From Epiperipatus broadwayi (lineage: Eukaryota > Animalia > Onychophora): a stretch of DNA of 64,000 bases. The position numbers and the translations under genes were made by a program. Where the stretch lies: assembly GCA_028023455.1 (NCBI GenBank), contig JAQFVV010000002.1, positions 26,846,001 through 26,910,000 on the forward strand. Direction: 5' to 3'. Shown here in pieces: positions 1 through 11,865 of this stretch; positions within the stretch are counted from its first letter, which is position 1; every line of letters begins with the position of its first letter. Below the pieces are notes generated by a model that did not search any database, was not told where the DNA came from, and was given only the letters and a program-made list of their open reading frames with translations.

Positions 1-875
1 AAAAATTATAATTTCATAATAAGATTTGAAAATAAAAAATATACCCTCTAACACATGAATTTTACATTTAAATATCATGTAATTGTCTAATATATAAAAA
101 AATTTAAGTATTGGCTTTTTAATTAAATATAAGTTAAATGAATGATAAAATTTTATTCTACAAATATAATGTTGCCATCAGATATATATTTCTTTATTTT
201 AATTAATTAAGTGTTACTTAAAAACAAAACATTAATCTACAAATGTTATATTTCTATTAGCAGTTGTTAAGGAGTTCTCTTGGGAAGCGTAAGGATGTGA
301 ATGTGTACATACAGACAGAAACCTACACAGACATGGCAAGTTAATATAAAGTGTTTAATAATTTATGAAGAGTGCATATTAAATCCAATTGCACAAACAT
401 ACGGTTTTTATTTTAAATCATAAAATGATTAAAATTACGTTTCACTGTGCTTTATCTTTATGCATAATTATTTAATAACTTGGATGTTATTTGAAAATGT
501 TTAATTAAAGTTTAAGTCTTTAAAAAACTGGATTTAAGAATCAGAAGTATTCAGAAAGTTTTTAGCTATTAGATGTGAATTTCTTATATTAATGCTCTTG
601 TATAAAATCTCTTTAAATCTTGAAATTTACATATATTTTCAAATGAAACAATAAAAATACTACTAGCATAGGATTTTTAAGCAGGCAATAAAATAGCACA
701 AAAATAATATCAACAATGATATTTCAACCAAAAAAGTGGACATCAGAATTTCCAAGAATTAAAAAAAAAAAGGGTAATCAGAGCTGCCTTTGTGTTGTTT
801 TATTACACATTTACAAATATGAGATAAAATCAAATGACGGCTGTCAAAAGAATAGAATTGCATTTGGCAGATTAA

Positions 876-1045
876 ATATATATATATGTATTGTTCTGAG
901 ATTACTGGATAGTGCCTAAATGAATCAATCTGCTTATATAAATAATTCCCTTTATAGTTTCCACGCTAATATATATGTATTGTTCTGAGATTACTGAATG
1001 ATTCCTAGATGAATCAATCTGCATATATAAACAATTCCCTTTATG
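876..1045. repeat. Two-copy tandem duplication, period 89 bp
   Basis: GTATTGTTCTGAGATTACTG...GAATCAATCTGC...AATTCCCTTTAT starts at 888 and again at 977. Confidence 0.85.
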
Positions 1046-1582
1046 TAAATATAATGAGCCATTCATTTCCATGCTAAATTTTTTATCGTTTAAAAAATAT
1101 ATATATAACAATAAAAATTTAAGTTTTTTAATTAAATCTAATTAACATTGAAATTGATGATGATGATCAAACCATGTGTGACTTATATAATTTTTATTCT
1201 CTAAGATCCCTTGGAGGATTGTAATCATCTCTCATTTATAAATATTTTTGGGGCATGAACTATGTCATTTCTTAATTTTTTAGAATGCCGCTTTCATTTA
1301 AAAAGAACATCTATGAATACATTATACCTTCAAATAATACTATTCTAATTTGATGCCATTAACAACATTCTAGCACTTCTCCCGTTCAGAACATGATTTC
1401 TCATGATTAAGAGTGATCTGTTCAGGTACACATTTGGAATGATATCAATGAAAGAAGAATGGCATGGTTTCTAATATTCTGCATTAGATTAGCAAAATCA
1501 ATAAATAATAATTTTAAAAATTTAACTCTGAATTTCTGATATTTGTTTTCTAATAATGAACTACTTATTAAAAAATAAGTTC

Positions 1583-2131
1583 ATATATATTACTTTTTAT
1601 AAATCACATATTCACTCTAATGTAAATTTTTTTATATTATTCCTTTAATTTTCTAACACTTTCGACTGTCCTCATCAGAGCTACATTTAAACATATAATC
1701 ATATAACCATTATTCTATATATATATATAAAAATACCTATTTTACATTATAATTCATAATCATATTTTATTTTTAATCCTATACCTTTACTTCCCTTTTT
1801 TTCCTAATTATTATTTCCTCATTATTTCTTTACTATTTCTATTTTCTTTTTTAGCTTTTCTTCCTATCTATCATTCTACATTACTCTCTAATATATTTTT
1901 ATCACCTATTTATTTTACTTTTAAAATATGTATTTTTACATGTATATAGGATAATGGTTATATGATTATATGTTAAATGTTGTAGCTCTGATGAAGACTG
2001 CAGGACAGCCGAAACTGTTAGGAAATTAAAGGAATTATATTAAAAAATTTGCATTAGAGTGTATATGTGGAGATTTATAACAAGTAATATATATGAATAT
2101 ATGAAGGAATACAAAAAAAGTGAAGGAGATA
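1583..2131. mobile_element. Family B head-to-head (palindromic) insertion with HHR-like motif, 14-bp TSD
   Basis: Arms about 1583-1745 and 1920-2100 are inverted copies. Right arm contains CTGATGA-A-GACTG-CAGGA-CAGCC-GAAAC (1988-2015). TAAAAAATAAGTTC is duplicated at 1569-1582 and 2132-2145. Confidence 0.75.
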
Positions 2132-3735
2132 TAAAAAATAAGTTCTTTACATTTATTAAAATATAACCTTTAAATAAGATAAATACAAAGTTATAATAGT
2201 TGAATTTCATAATTTTATTGAGACATTTATTCTTAAATTTTTTAATTAAAAATTCTGATCCTATTGTGCTTTTCATGTTAGATATTCTCCAATGAGACTA
2301 TATCATAGTCAGGTGTATTAGATTCAGGCCATTTTGTTCTATAAATCCAACTTACTTGCCAAACTGTATCCTATACTTGTTTGAATCTTGGGGTTACATG
2401 TCCAAAACTATGTCTTTAATGAACATAGTGCAATATATAAAATCATCTATTATAATTTTTAAATCCATCTTAATCTTAACGTAAAAATTTTGAGGACAAT
2501 TTAATGATTCATTACAAACTGAAAGCAGTGCATTTGTAAAACTTATTCTATATGACTATAGTCTTGGTGAATCTCTTTTAAATATATGTGTCAGAAATAT
2601 GAATAGCATGTCAAGAACAACCAGTTATGTTTTCTTAGGCATGCAATAAATACAACTATTTTTGTGACTACTCCGGTTTTAAATATGACCAAAAAAAAAA
2701 ACCCTCTGGGTAAAAGTAATGAAATAGCTTTAATAATTTTAATACGATCATTCTCATTCAGTAACTTCTGATATATCATGAGTAATTATATCAAAAGCAC
2801 ATTTTTGTATGTTTTCACCAGCATAAATAAAAATATTTTTGGTAGAACTTAAAGAGAAGAAAAGCTAATTTGATTTATTATCAACTTGTTTAGTGAATTG
2901 GCAAAGAAAAAAAATTATTAGAAAATAAAACCGTTTTCCATTATTTTGCTATCTTGGAAAAAAGATAACATAAAAGGGTGAAAGTTTTCTAATAAGCTAT
3001 TGAAATTGTCTGATATAAGAAATCCAGATTTTTCAATTGACTAATTTGTATAGTTACTTGATTAAAATATTATTAATTAAATAAAAGAATATTCTAAGCC
3101 CAAGTATATATAAAAGGAAGTTGTTGGAAGTGTAAATACATAAAGAATGACTCCACTTGCAAGGTAGAAGTTTCAAAAAACGATGCAAACACTGGAAGAG
3201 AAATGATGTAAGATTTCCTTACTAATACCATATGAAATTTTGTTTTCATAGGAACTAATATTTAGATCAATAAAATACTATAATATAAACATAAAATAAT
3301 AATTTTTAAAAAAATAATGATAAAAAAAACCATTGTTCACAATGTATTAAGTTTCAGGGTGCCAACTTCTATTTTCTAGGCATGAATTTTGAAGTTATTT
3401 ATTGTGGTTGATAAATATATCTTCACAGAATAACCAAATCGGAAAACATTATGATAATCCACAAGTCAAATCAGAATCATTTAAATGAACTTGCAAATAA
3501 TATCCACCTTTTCATATATCAATGCTTATCTATTTGTCAGATAAAAAAAAAAGATCATTAATCACAAGTTCATTTAGACGATTCTTTGGGGATCTGACTT
3601 GTAAATTATCATAGTAATGATTTTGGATATGATTATTCTGTGAATAAGTTTATATATAATCCTTAAGTTATATATTGGCTTGTTAAAATTGTTGAATATA
3701 TATATATATAAAACATTTATTATTAAGCACTGAAA

Positions 3736-3866
3736 TAGTTGTAATTATAAAGAAGGAAATCAACCTCCAATCATATGCTGTTGCAAGTAAGTGCACGGAG
3801 ATTTTAATATACATTTATAAACAGTGCATGATTGGAGATTGATTTCCTTCTTTACGATTACAATTA
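3736..3866. repeat. Inverted repeat, arms about 45 bp
   Basis: TAGTTGTAATTATAAAGAAGGAAATCAACCTCCAATCAT is mirrored by ATGATTGGAGATTGATTTCCTTCTTTACGATTACAATTA. Confidence 0.75.
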
Positions 3867-4116
3867 AAATATTTATTACTAAATTTTATTGTCTATCAAT
3901 AGTTTTATATTTTTTATTAAAAGATTAGAAAAAAGTTGAATATGGTATAATCTTTAACATTGTATCAAATAAATTAATAAAAATTAATACATTCTACTAA
4001 TTCTAACAGGAATAACAAATTTAAAATATATCTGTGGGTTGCCATAAAGTTTATTTTGGAAACTGGCAGCAAAGATTATCAAAAAAAAAAGCTAGGGAAA
4101 TATATAAATCTTCATT

Positions 4117-4320
4117 GTATTTATATACTGGACTATTTTGCTCATTTAATATAAGTGTTGAATGTCTTTAGAAGAATTTAACTTTATTTAAATATTCCAA
4201 ATACATTAAACTGTTAGTAATAGCAGTTGAATGTATTTGGAATATTTAAATAAAGTTAAATTTTTCTAAAGACATTCAATACTTATATTAGAAGACGGAA
4301 ATAGTCCAACAAATAAATAC
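4117..4320. repeat. Near-perfect hairpin, arms about 90 bp
   Basis: GAATGTCTTTAGAAGAATTTAACTTTATTTAAATATTCCAAATACATT is mirrored by AATGTATTTGGAATATTTAAATAAAGTTAAATTTTTCTAAAGACATTC across a spacer of about 22 nt. Confidence 0.8.
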
Positions 4321-4431
4321 AACTAAAATACCATCATCACAAACCTTCAGGAAAATATAAATCTTGAATTTTAAATAAAACACAAACATGAAAAAAATAA
4401 AATTAATTTGAGAACGAGAATAAAAACTTAC

Positions 4432-4548
4432 TGTCAATTACATCATCGTCATCTTCATAAAAATGTGATTTCTTAGTTTTACTCTCATCTTTATCTGCTA
4501 TATTAAATTTAACTTTCCTTGATTGATCACGATTCTCATTTACTTTAT
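4432..4548 (-). CDS. RPAP1: Probable second coding exon of RPAP1 (DKVNENRDQSRKVKFNIADKDESKTKKSHFYEDDDDVID)
   Basis: TTTTGACAG acceptor and GTAAGT donor; 117 nt, open frame. Phase 1 start matches the phase 1 end of exon 14494-14344. Assignment to RPAP1 rests on phase and position; homology is weak. Confidence 0.6.
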
Positions 4549-6024
4549 CTGTCAAAAGTATAAGATTTTAAATTTATTTATATAATTTATATTTTTAGGA
4601 AAATACATACATATTAATTTCTCTTCCTGAAAGCAGATTGAGATAAAGAGGCAAGTGACACCAACCAAATGATAACTCTTGATCATCAATGTTGGAAGTG
4701 TACTATTTTTTGCCCCTCCTAGATCAAAAATTAATCCAAAATATGGATATAATAGCACTACAATTTAGTGTCCATTGATTACTCACACTTACAATAGATG
4801 GATCTGAAGGGGGTGAAGAAAACTGCTCTTGAAACACTATTTGTTATAGTATTTAAAACATAAGACTATATTCACAAAATAATCAAGTCTCTAGGAGCTT
4901 TAAAATATACTGATCTACTCGTAAATATATAGATCATTTTTAAAAAATCTAATTTAGCTTTCATGCCAATATAATGTTATAAAAACTTATTTAGGTTGCA
5001 CTTTAATAAATAATGCACCAAGGGAATCATTACGGCTTCAAAATTATAAACAAGTAACATAAGCAGCTAAATGTGCACTGCCTATTATTTTAATTACTTA
5101 GATAGCTTTGAATCAATGGATTCCCTCTACTTTTTCTATACAGCAAATAGAATAATCTCAATACAATATTTTATTATTATGTTTAAAATAAATAAATAAA
5201 AACATACAAACTTGGTATAAAAAAGGAAAGAGTTGCAACAATTATGGATAAAGGAAGTTTAAATAAGAGGGAGCTAGAATATAAGATAACTAAATTTAAA
5301 AAAAAATGTTTTTTTTTTTTTTGTAAACTTTTAGAAAACAAATAGTAGTGAATAAGTTATAAAAGGTTTACAATATTTATGACTTTTAGCTGGAAAAATA
5401 AAAAGATAAATATAAAAAAATTATTAATATAAGTAAGAAAATAATAGATATTATATATGATTTAAAAATTAAAAAGCATAGTTTTAATAATGAATAAATG
5501 TTAAAAAGAGAAATATATAAAGATAAAATCATAAGTATTGGGTTTATTAAAAAATAATAAAAGAAATAATGCACTTAAGTTAATGGTTACATGTGTAATC
5601 CATATTTCTTTTAAATTTCAATTAAATGTTGTATATTTTACTTTATATTATCAGGATTATTTTATTCTTTTGACTTTAATTCTATTATATCATATTTAAT
5701 TTATTTTAGTTTTATTATATTTTGTTAAACTTTTTGTTATTTTTCTTCATTTTTTATTATATTATTTATATATTTGTCATTATGTTATAGCTCTAAAAAA
5801 GACCGAAGGACAGTCAAAACATTAGATTGTGTGTGTGTATATTTGCAATAAAATTTTTTTTGCTATAATTATTTGAAATAAGGTGCACAAATTGTATTTA
5901 GTAAAAAATCCTGTTTAGGTTCAAGAAGATTTTCTCAAAAAATATATAGAATGGAAAAGAATATTGATACAACCAAATACAATTTTTTTTAAACTTTATA
6001 TATCTAAAGTAATCTTATTATATA

Positions 6025-6509
6025 CAGTGTATCTCATTGAAAAGTGTGACAAGTTTCTTTTTTCCAAAGTCCAAAAATGTCATTTATGAATCAATGTGTG
6101 TGTTATGTACTAACATAATTTAGTTATTCACCCCAAAAATTTTTAAGTATTAGCTTGTCTGGATACCGCAGTCCATGATAGAACTACATGCTAAAATTAA
6201 ATTTTGTTCTAAACTGGGTAAAATTGTTATTGAAATATTTGAAATGATTCAAACTGTATATTGCAGTGAAGTAACGAATCGCAAGAATGTTTTCAAATGC
6301 TTTATACAAGATTTTATGATGGCAGAAAGAATAGTGAAGAGAATCTATGCTCATACAAAATACAATATCACATTTCATGCTATAATTTATGAACCAGACA
6401 CATTAGTGCCATAAAATTTTCGTAGTAAATACTTACACATATTAATTCAGAGATGGCGCTGCAGACAGCTTGGAGAAAGAACCAATCATCTTTTCACTAA
6501 GTCACACTG
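6025..6509 (+). mobile_element. Internally deleted mariner element with transposase N-terminal HTH remnant
   Basis: Imperfect TIRs CAGTGTATCTCATTGAAAA / TTTTCACTAAGTCACACTG flanked by TA on both sides. ORF 6175-6414 (AKIKFCSKLGK...EIFEMIQTVY...RKNVFK) resembles the mariner N-terminal HTH. Confidence 0.85.
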
Positions 6510-7699
6510 TATATTTTTATCAAAAAAAAATAAAGAAAAAAGTTTAAAACAAAAAATGCTCCTTTAGTATAGTCAAGGAGGAAGCCCAAGATTGTCAGAT
6601 TGCATATTAATTTTTAATTTCCATAAAGATATTAATTACTGCAATTATTTCATCTTTTGAAGAGTAAAAATTGTAAAATACTTTATTTAAGCCACTGTAG
6701 CTTATGCTTTAAAATTTCAATTTATCAGATTTAAAGAAATCAAACTTATACTGGAATAAAGTCATAATTCAGAAAACCCTGTTTTACAAATTTTGCATGA
6801 ATTCAATTTTTTTTAAAACACTGTTTAATGCTGAATTTACAACAAAAAATAATAATAATATGAACAGCATATAAACTACTTACATCATTTTGATAATAGA
6901 TATCGAAAATAATTTTCAAATTTCTAAAAGTGCATTATAATATCCAATAAAAAACAAAAAAAAAATTGGTGGGATGAGAATATCTTAATTAAAAATAATT
7001 CATGTAAACTGATTATAGTCAAAATCAGACTCAGAAACAAAACTTGAAATTAAGAAAATGGGTAGAAAATGTCAATGTTAGTTAAATTATAAGAACTCAA
7101 TTAATCACTTGCAATTGATATTTGCACATCTCCATTTTAGACAGTATAGGTATTCTTATGTGATTGCCTTTTGAAACGTTAACCTCCAAAAAACCATCAC
7201 CTTTGAGAGATTCAAAATAATAAACAAATTATTACAGTAACTTTTTGGAATATGTATGCTTAAATATTTCATGTTGAGATAGAATGCTTACATACTTTAA
7301 AATGAAATGAACTCCATAGTAAATTATCCTTATTTCTAATTAAATAATTTATTCACATTGTTTAGATAGATATATTTTTGCGTAACATTTTTTTTGTTAT
7401 TAAAAAATAATTCAGATTTTAATAAAAAAAAAAGTTATGCTTTATGTGATGAAATTTTTACAATTAGAAAAACTTATATAGAAGTTAAGCTTAATTATTC
7501 CTTTTTAAACTTAGTATTAATTTTTTCTTTCTAATAGTAATTATAGTAATAATAAAAAGTCAGAGTCACATGACTTATATATAGCTTGCATTTACCAATA
7601 TGTAAAACTAAGAGCATGCTAATGAGCTCTAAACAAGCTTTTTTTTTTTTTTAATATTTTTTCTTATTATTATGATAAATGCTACTACAAGAGAAGGCA

Positions 7700-8300
7700 T
7701 TCAAATCAACTTTATCTTAGATTGTCCCCATCCCCAGACCGGTTTCGACCTATGGGTCTCTTCAGTAAGGAGTTGGGACACTAGATTCAAAAACCAACTC
7801 AAGCTAAGCATTTATCTAAAAGTTAATTGTCAAGAAGAAGATCTGAAACTTTTAGACATCTGCATTTATTAATGAAGTGAGACGTATTTTTTCTTACTTT
7901 AATATTGTGATCATTTCAGATAATATTATTTCTTTAAAGATATTCTTAATTTTGATAAAGTCTCTGTTTAAAAGATAGTATAGTAACACTACTCTGACTA
8001 AGTTATATACTGAGAGTATAAGCTGACATTAGCATCGTCTTCATCTGACAGTTTTATATTTGGGACTAATCATTCTTAATTTGTTTTTCTCTACTCCAAG
8101 TATGTTTACTCATGTATCATTATAGCTTTATTTTAAATATGGAAGACTCAATAGTTCGATCTATGGTATTCAAACATCTCATGATCTTTGGAATAAGTGA
8201 TAGTTGAAGAAATAAATTTATTTTAATCCCAGATTTCTTCAAAATTTTATCAATCCTATGCTTTTATAAGTACGTCATATCATCAGAAAATCATTTATTT
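7700..8300 (-). mobile_element. Penelope-like element 3' end / pseudo-LTR remnant
   Basis: Decayed minus-strand coding remnants lead into an intact minimal HHR at 7780-7723, the arrangement known for PLE pLTRs. Boundaries are approximate. Confidence 0.5.
7723..7780 (-). ncRNA. Minimal type I hammerhead ribozyme, canonical core
   Basis: Minus strand reads UGUCCC-aac-UCCUUA CUGAAGA GACC-CAUA-GGUC GAA ACCGGU C / UGGGGA-u-g-GGGACA. All core nucleotides present, 4-bp stem II, palindromic stem III, GUC cleavage between 7737 and 7736, two-part stem I. Confidence 0.88.
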
Positions 8301-8972
8301 ATCATTTTTTTCTAAATAAATGTTTTAAAACTGCTTTCAACCATTAACTACATGTGTACATAAATTTGTTGAAGGTGAAATCTCTCCAACTCCTGCAAAA
8401 CAATGTTGAAATCTAGCGGAAGCTCATATGCCTAACTGGCAATCAAACAAAATGAGTTTTTCATTTTTTACGATGGCCCAAAAATTTGCATTTCTAATAT
8501 TACATATACATTTTCAAGTTTTTTTTTTTTTTTGGTTTTTACCAATGTATTCCTCCATTTCAATTCCACATATCATAAATATTCATTAATATCAAAGATC
8601 AGATGCATTTTATAAATAACCTTTGCTCATCAGATGAACTAGAGTTATTAAGCCACGGAATCCCCACAACCATATTAATAGCCTGATATTTTTTCCTTAC
8701 ACACTCTCTACTATGATAAGAATTGCTTTCTATTCACTTTTGACATCTTGTGGAAATATAATAATGAGAGAGAAAAGGTAGAACAGAGAAGTATACAATT
8801 GAGCCAAAACAGAAAAGATATGGAGATTGAAATAGCAAAAAGTGACATCATAAATTAAGAATAAAATAAAGATTGAATGATATAATCCAAAATGAAAATT
8901 GTATTATTAATAGGGAATTATCATTTAAAAAAAGTGCATGTATGTGAAAAAAATCATTTATATATGCTAAGT

Positions 8973-9340
8973 AAGGGGTCCCCAACCTTATGCCCGTGGG
9001 CACCATGGTGCCCGCAGACCATTTTATGTGTACTCGCCGCTATCCGAACACGATAAAAATAAAAAATTATTTATCTATATACAAATAAATTTATTTTTTA
9101 AAATTTCTTATAAATTATTGTATTATACTGTAATCAAATTGTAGGGCAGACTATCCTTTTACAGTGTAAAAATATAAACGTTAATTATATATTAAAATTT
9201 TATTTTTGAAATAAATATTTTTTTGTACATTATGTGTATTATTACCAATATCCAACTATAAATTTACATTGAAAAAATAAATGGTGTCCGCGACCTGGCC
9301 GGTATTATAGAATGTAGTGCAAAAAGGTTGGGGACCCCTG
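8973..9340. mobile_element. hAT-type MITE
   Basis: TIRs AAGGGGTCCCCAACCTT / AAGGTTGGGGACCCCTG; 8-bp TSD TGCTAAGT at 8965-8972 and 9341-9348. Confidence 0.92.
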
Positions 9341-9625
9341 TGCTAAGTTATAAAGAAATATCTTAATACTTAAACAGCTTTTCCAAAAATTTTGTATCAT
9401 TTGAACAATTTCAAGGATTTAAATGAAATTTTCTCTTAAAGTTAAGATTTAGAAAGATGAAGAAAATATTACAAAGCAATTTTGATTTAAATTAATATTT
9501 CTTGGGAAATACGCAAAAAAAAAGGGCATAGTATAGGTTCATAGTGGGCTAAAATTATCAATGAGAAAATAAAGATTATTGTTTATATGTATCTCAAATA
9601 CTTATTTTATGTAAATAAAAATAAA

Positions 9626-10266
9626 CCATTAAGCATCACATGATCACATTTCCTATACTAGCACATTAATTGTTGATAAACAGAGCAAAACTCTCCATAC
9701 AGTATTGCCACCTGTGCTAAACAGAGTAATCAATGGATGCCAGAAGGTTTGTGCATAAAATCCCTATCTAATGCCTACTCATCCAATATCCCCAGACTAG
9801 TTTCTGGCTTGTGGCCTTCGTCAGTGAGGAGCTTTGGATATGAGAGCACTGCATCTAGATCTTAGGATCTAATGCAACCCTCTAGCAACCACCTTTTATC
9901 TCTACTTAACTATAAAACTATGAGAATGAAATTGAAAACAAAAAATATTTTCAATCTAAGCTCAATAGCTTATATAGTCATATGGGTCTGAACTCAGTTC
10001 AGCACCCATACATTTTGGTGTCTTTGGCTCTTTTACAACCATAGCCACCACTATCCTATTAGGCAGGATTGGTGTTACACCATTAAGCATCACATGATCA
10101 CATTTCCTATACTAGCACATTAATTGTTGATAAACAGAGCAAAACTCTCCATACAGTATTGCCACCTGTGCTAAACAGAGTAATCAATGGATGCCAGAAG
10201 GTTTGTGCATAAAATCCCTATCTAATGCCTACTCATCCAATATCCCCAGACTAGTTTCTGGCTTGT
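9626..10266 (-). mobile_element. Family A retrozyme-like element, about 1.4 tandem units (period 454 bp)
   Basis: CATTAAGCATCACATGATCAC occurs at 9627 and 10081. Clearly homologous to the 465-bp unit at 25.3-27.6 kb and carries an HHR on the minus strand. Confidence 0.88.
9789..9830 (-). ncRNA. Family A minimal hammerhead (CUGACGA variant)
   Basis: UCCUCA CUGACGA a-GGC-CACAA-GCC-a GAA ACUAGU C / UGGGGA. It differs from the 25 kb copies only at the unconstrained core position N7. Confidence 0.78.
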
Positions 10267-10440
10267 ATATAGATTCAAAAGTGAATATTATGAAATGAAT
10301 CATTTGATTGTTTATAAAGTAAATAAGTACTATTATTATTTTAATCATTAATTTATGTACAGGTGATTTTGAGATTTAAGAAACAATTGTAAATTTCAAT
10401 TTTTATAAAATCCAAATGTTCAAAATCAAAAGCAAAATAT

Positions 10441-10702
10441 AATTATAATTAATCATCTTTTTTTTTTTTACTTTATACAATGCAAATATATTATTTTCTT
10501 CAAATAATTTCATTTCCTTACAGTTTTGATTGTCCAGCAATCTTCTTCAGAGCCTTTATTACCTCAGCTAACAAAAAAGTTCTGAAGAAGATTACTACAT
10601 AGTCAAAACTGTAAGGAAAATAAAATTATTTGAAAAAAACAAAAAACAAAACATATTTGCATTGTATAAAGTGAAAAAAGGAAGATATTACTAATTATAA
10701 TT
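10441..10702. mobile_element. Family B head-to-head insertion, degenerate HHR motifs
   Basis: Inverted arms 10441-10553 and 10580-10702, each with a CTGAAGA-A-GATT..ATC/GTC-AAAACTGTAAGG motif. Confidence 0.7.
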
Positions 10703-11865
10703 ATATATGTTTAAAATCAATGCATAAATAATAAAGGATAAAGAATAATAATAATTTTAAAAAAAAAAAAATGTAAATATAATTATTTTTTTTTGTATTC
10801 AATTTATTAATTGAATCATTAACAAAAGATGTACTAAAATAATCATGTTAATCATTAATCAAGTCAATATATTTTTCAAACAAATAGTGTTATTTGACAT
10901 TTCAGGGGAAAAAATTATCATGTGGAAGGACAGGAAAAAAACAAAGCAAAATGAAAAACAATTCCAGTTAGTTCCTTTAATTCTAGACAGTTGCAGTTTG
11001 TGATAATGGTAATAAAATTTAATGCAAATTGCCAGGGTTTGAAAATATTAAATATATAACTTCCAAGAATTAGCAGAAATCATGGTTAAAAAAAAATTAA
11101 TATTTGAGTTGATGGTGAACAAAATTACATTAGTATTTAAAACAGTAATTTATCATTTTCAATTGCAGCTATAAAAAAATTTATTCACCTTTGTATTTCT
11201 TATAAAATGGTTTGGTGATAGCAACTTTTAATTGAATCAATGCTACTACACATCACTGTCGCTATCTGGAAATGTAATCTCTGGTAGAATAATAGATATG
11301 CAACCTAAAAATGTTTTATAAGAAGCCTGTGTCCTTGAGTCAATAGCCTGTTTACCAAGACATCAGCAAATAGATTAATACCAATGTGATGTCATAAAAA
11401 AAAAATTAAACCAATAAAAGATAAAATTCACCAAAGCTACAAATATAGGAGTACAGTTGTAAGAAAAAAACTACATTAAAAAAAACACTAGCAAATTAAA
11501 AAGTTTGACCAATAAAGAAGAGTATGTTGAATACGGTCAAGAATAAGTTTATCAAAATTAGATTGTGCACTATAAATCTATAATAAATAAATATGAAAAG
11601 TATAAGAGACAATACCAAAAAGGATTACAGAAATAATAGAAATTAATGACAACTTAATTTAAATCATATTATAGTTAACTAAAATATTTTAATGGGCTAG
11701 CATTTAATTGACAACAGATGATTTAGTTGGACACTTTTCATCATCAATTTTTTAGTTCTAGTAAGATTTTATATTTTCATTTTAATCTTTAATTTTTGTT
11801 TTGGAGATACTAAACAATATGATCTTTTATTTTAAGAAGATATCTCATAAACCATTGGAATATAA

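Noticed and set aside
240-360. Helitron-like or short repeat terminus
   Set aside because: Only a vague resemblance; no diagnostic hairpin or CTAG end could be confirmed.
8330-8760. Possible additional minus-strand RPAP1 exons
   Set aside because: No frame with compatible phase and recognisable homology.
11240-11320. VAYLLFYQR reading resembling a ubiquitin-hydrolase motif
   Set aside because: The same DNA recurs at about 51575-51620 as a dispersed repeat, and the frame closes quickly.
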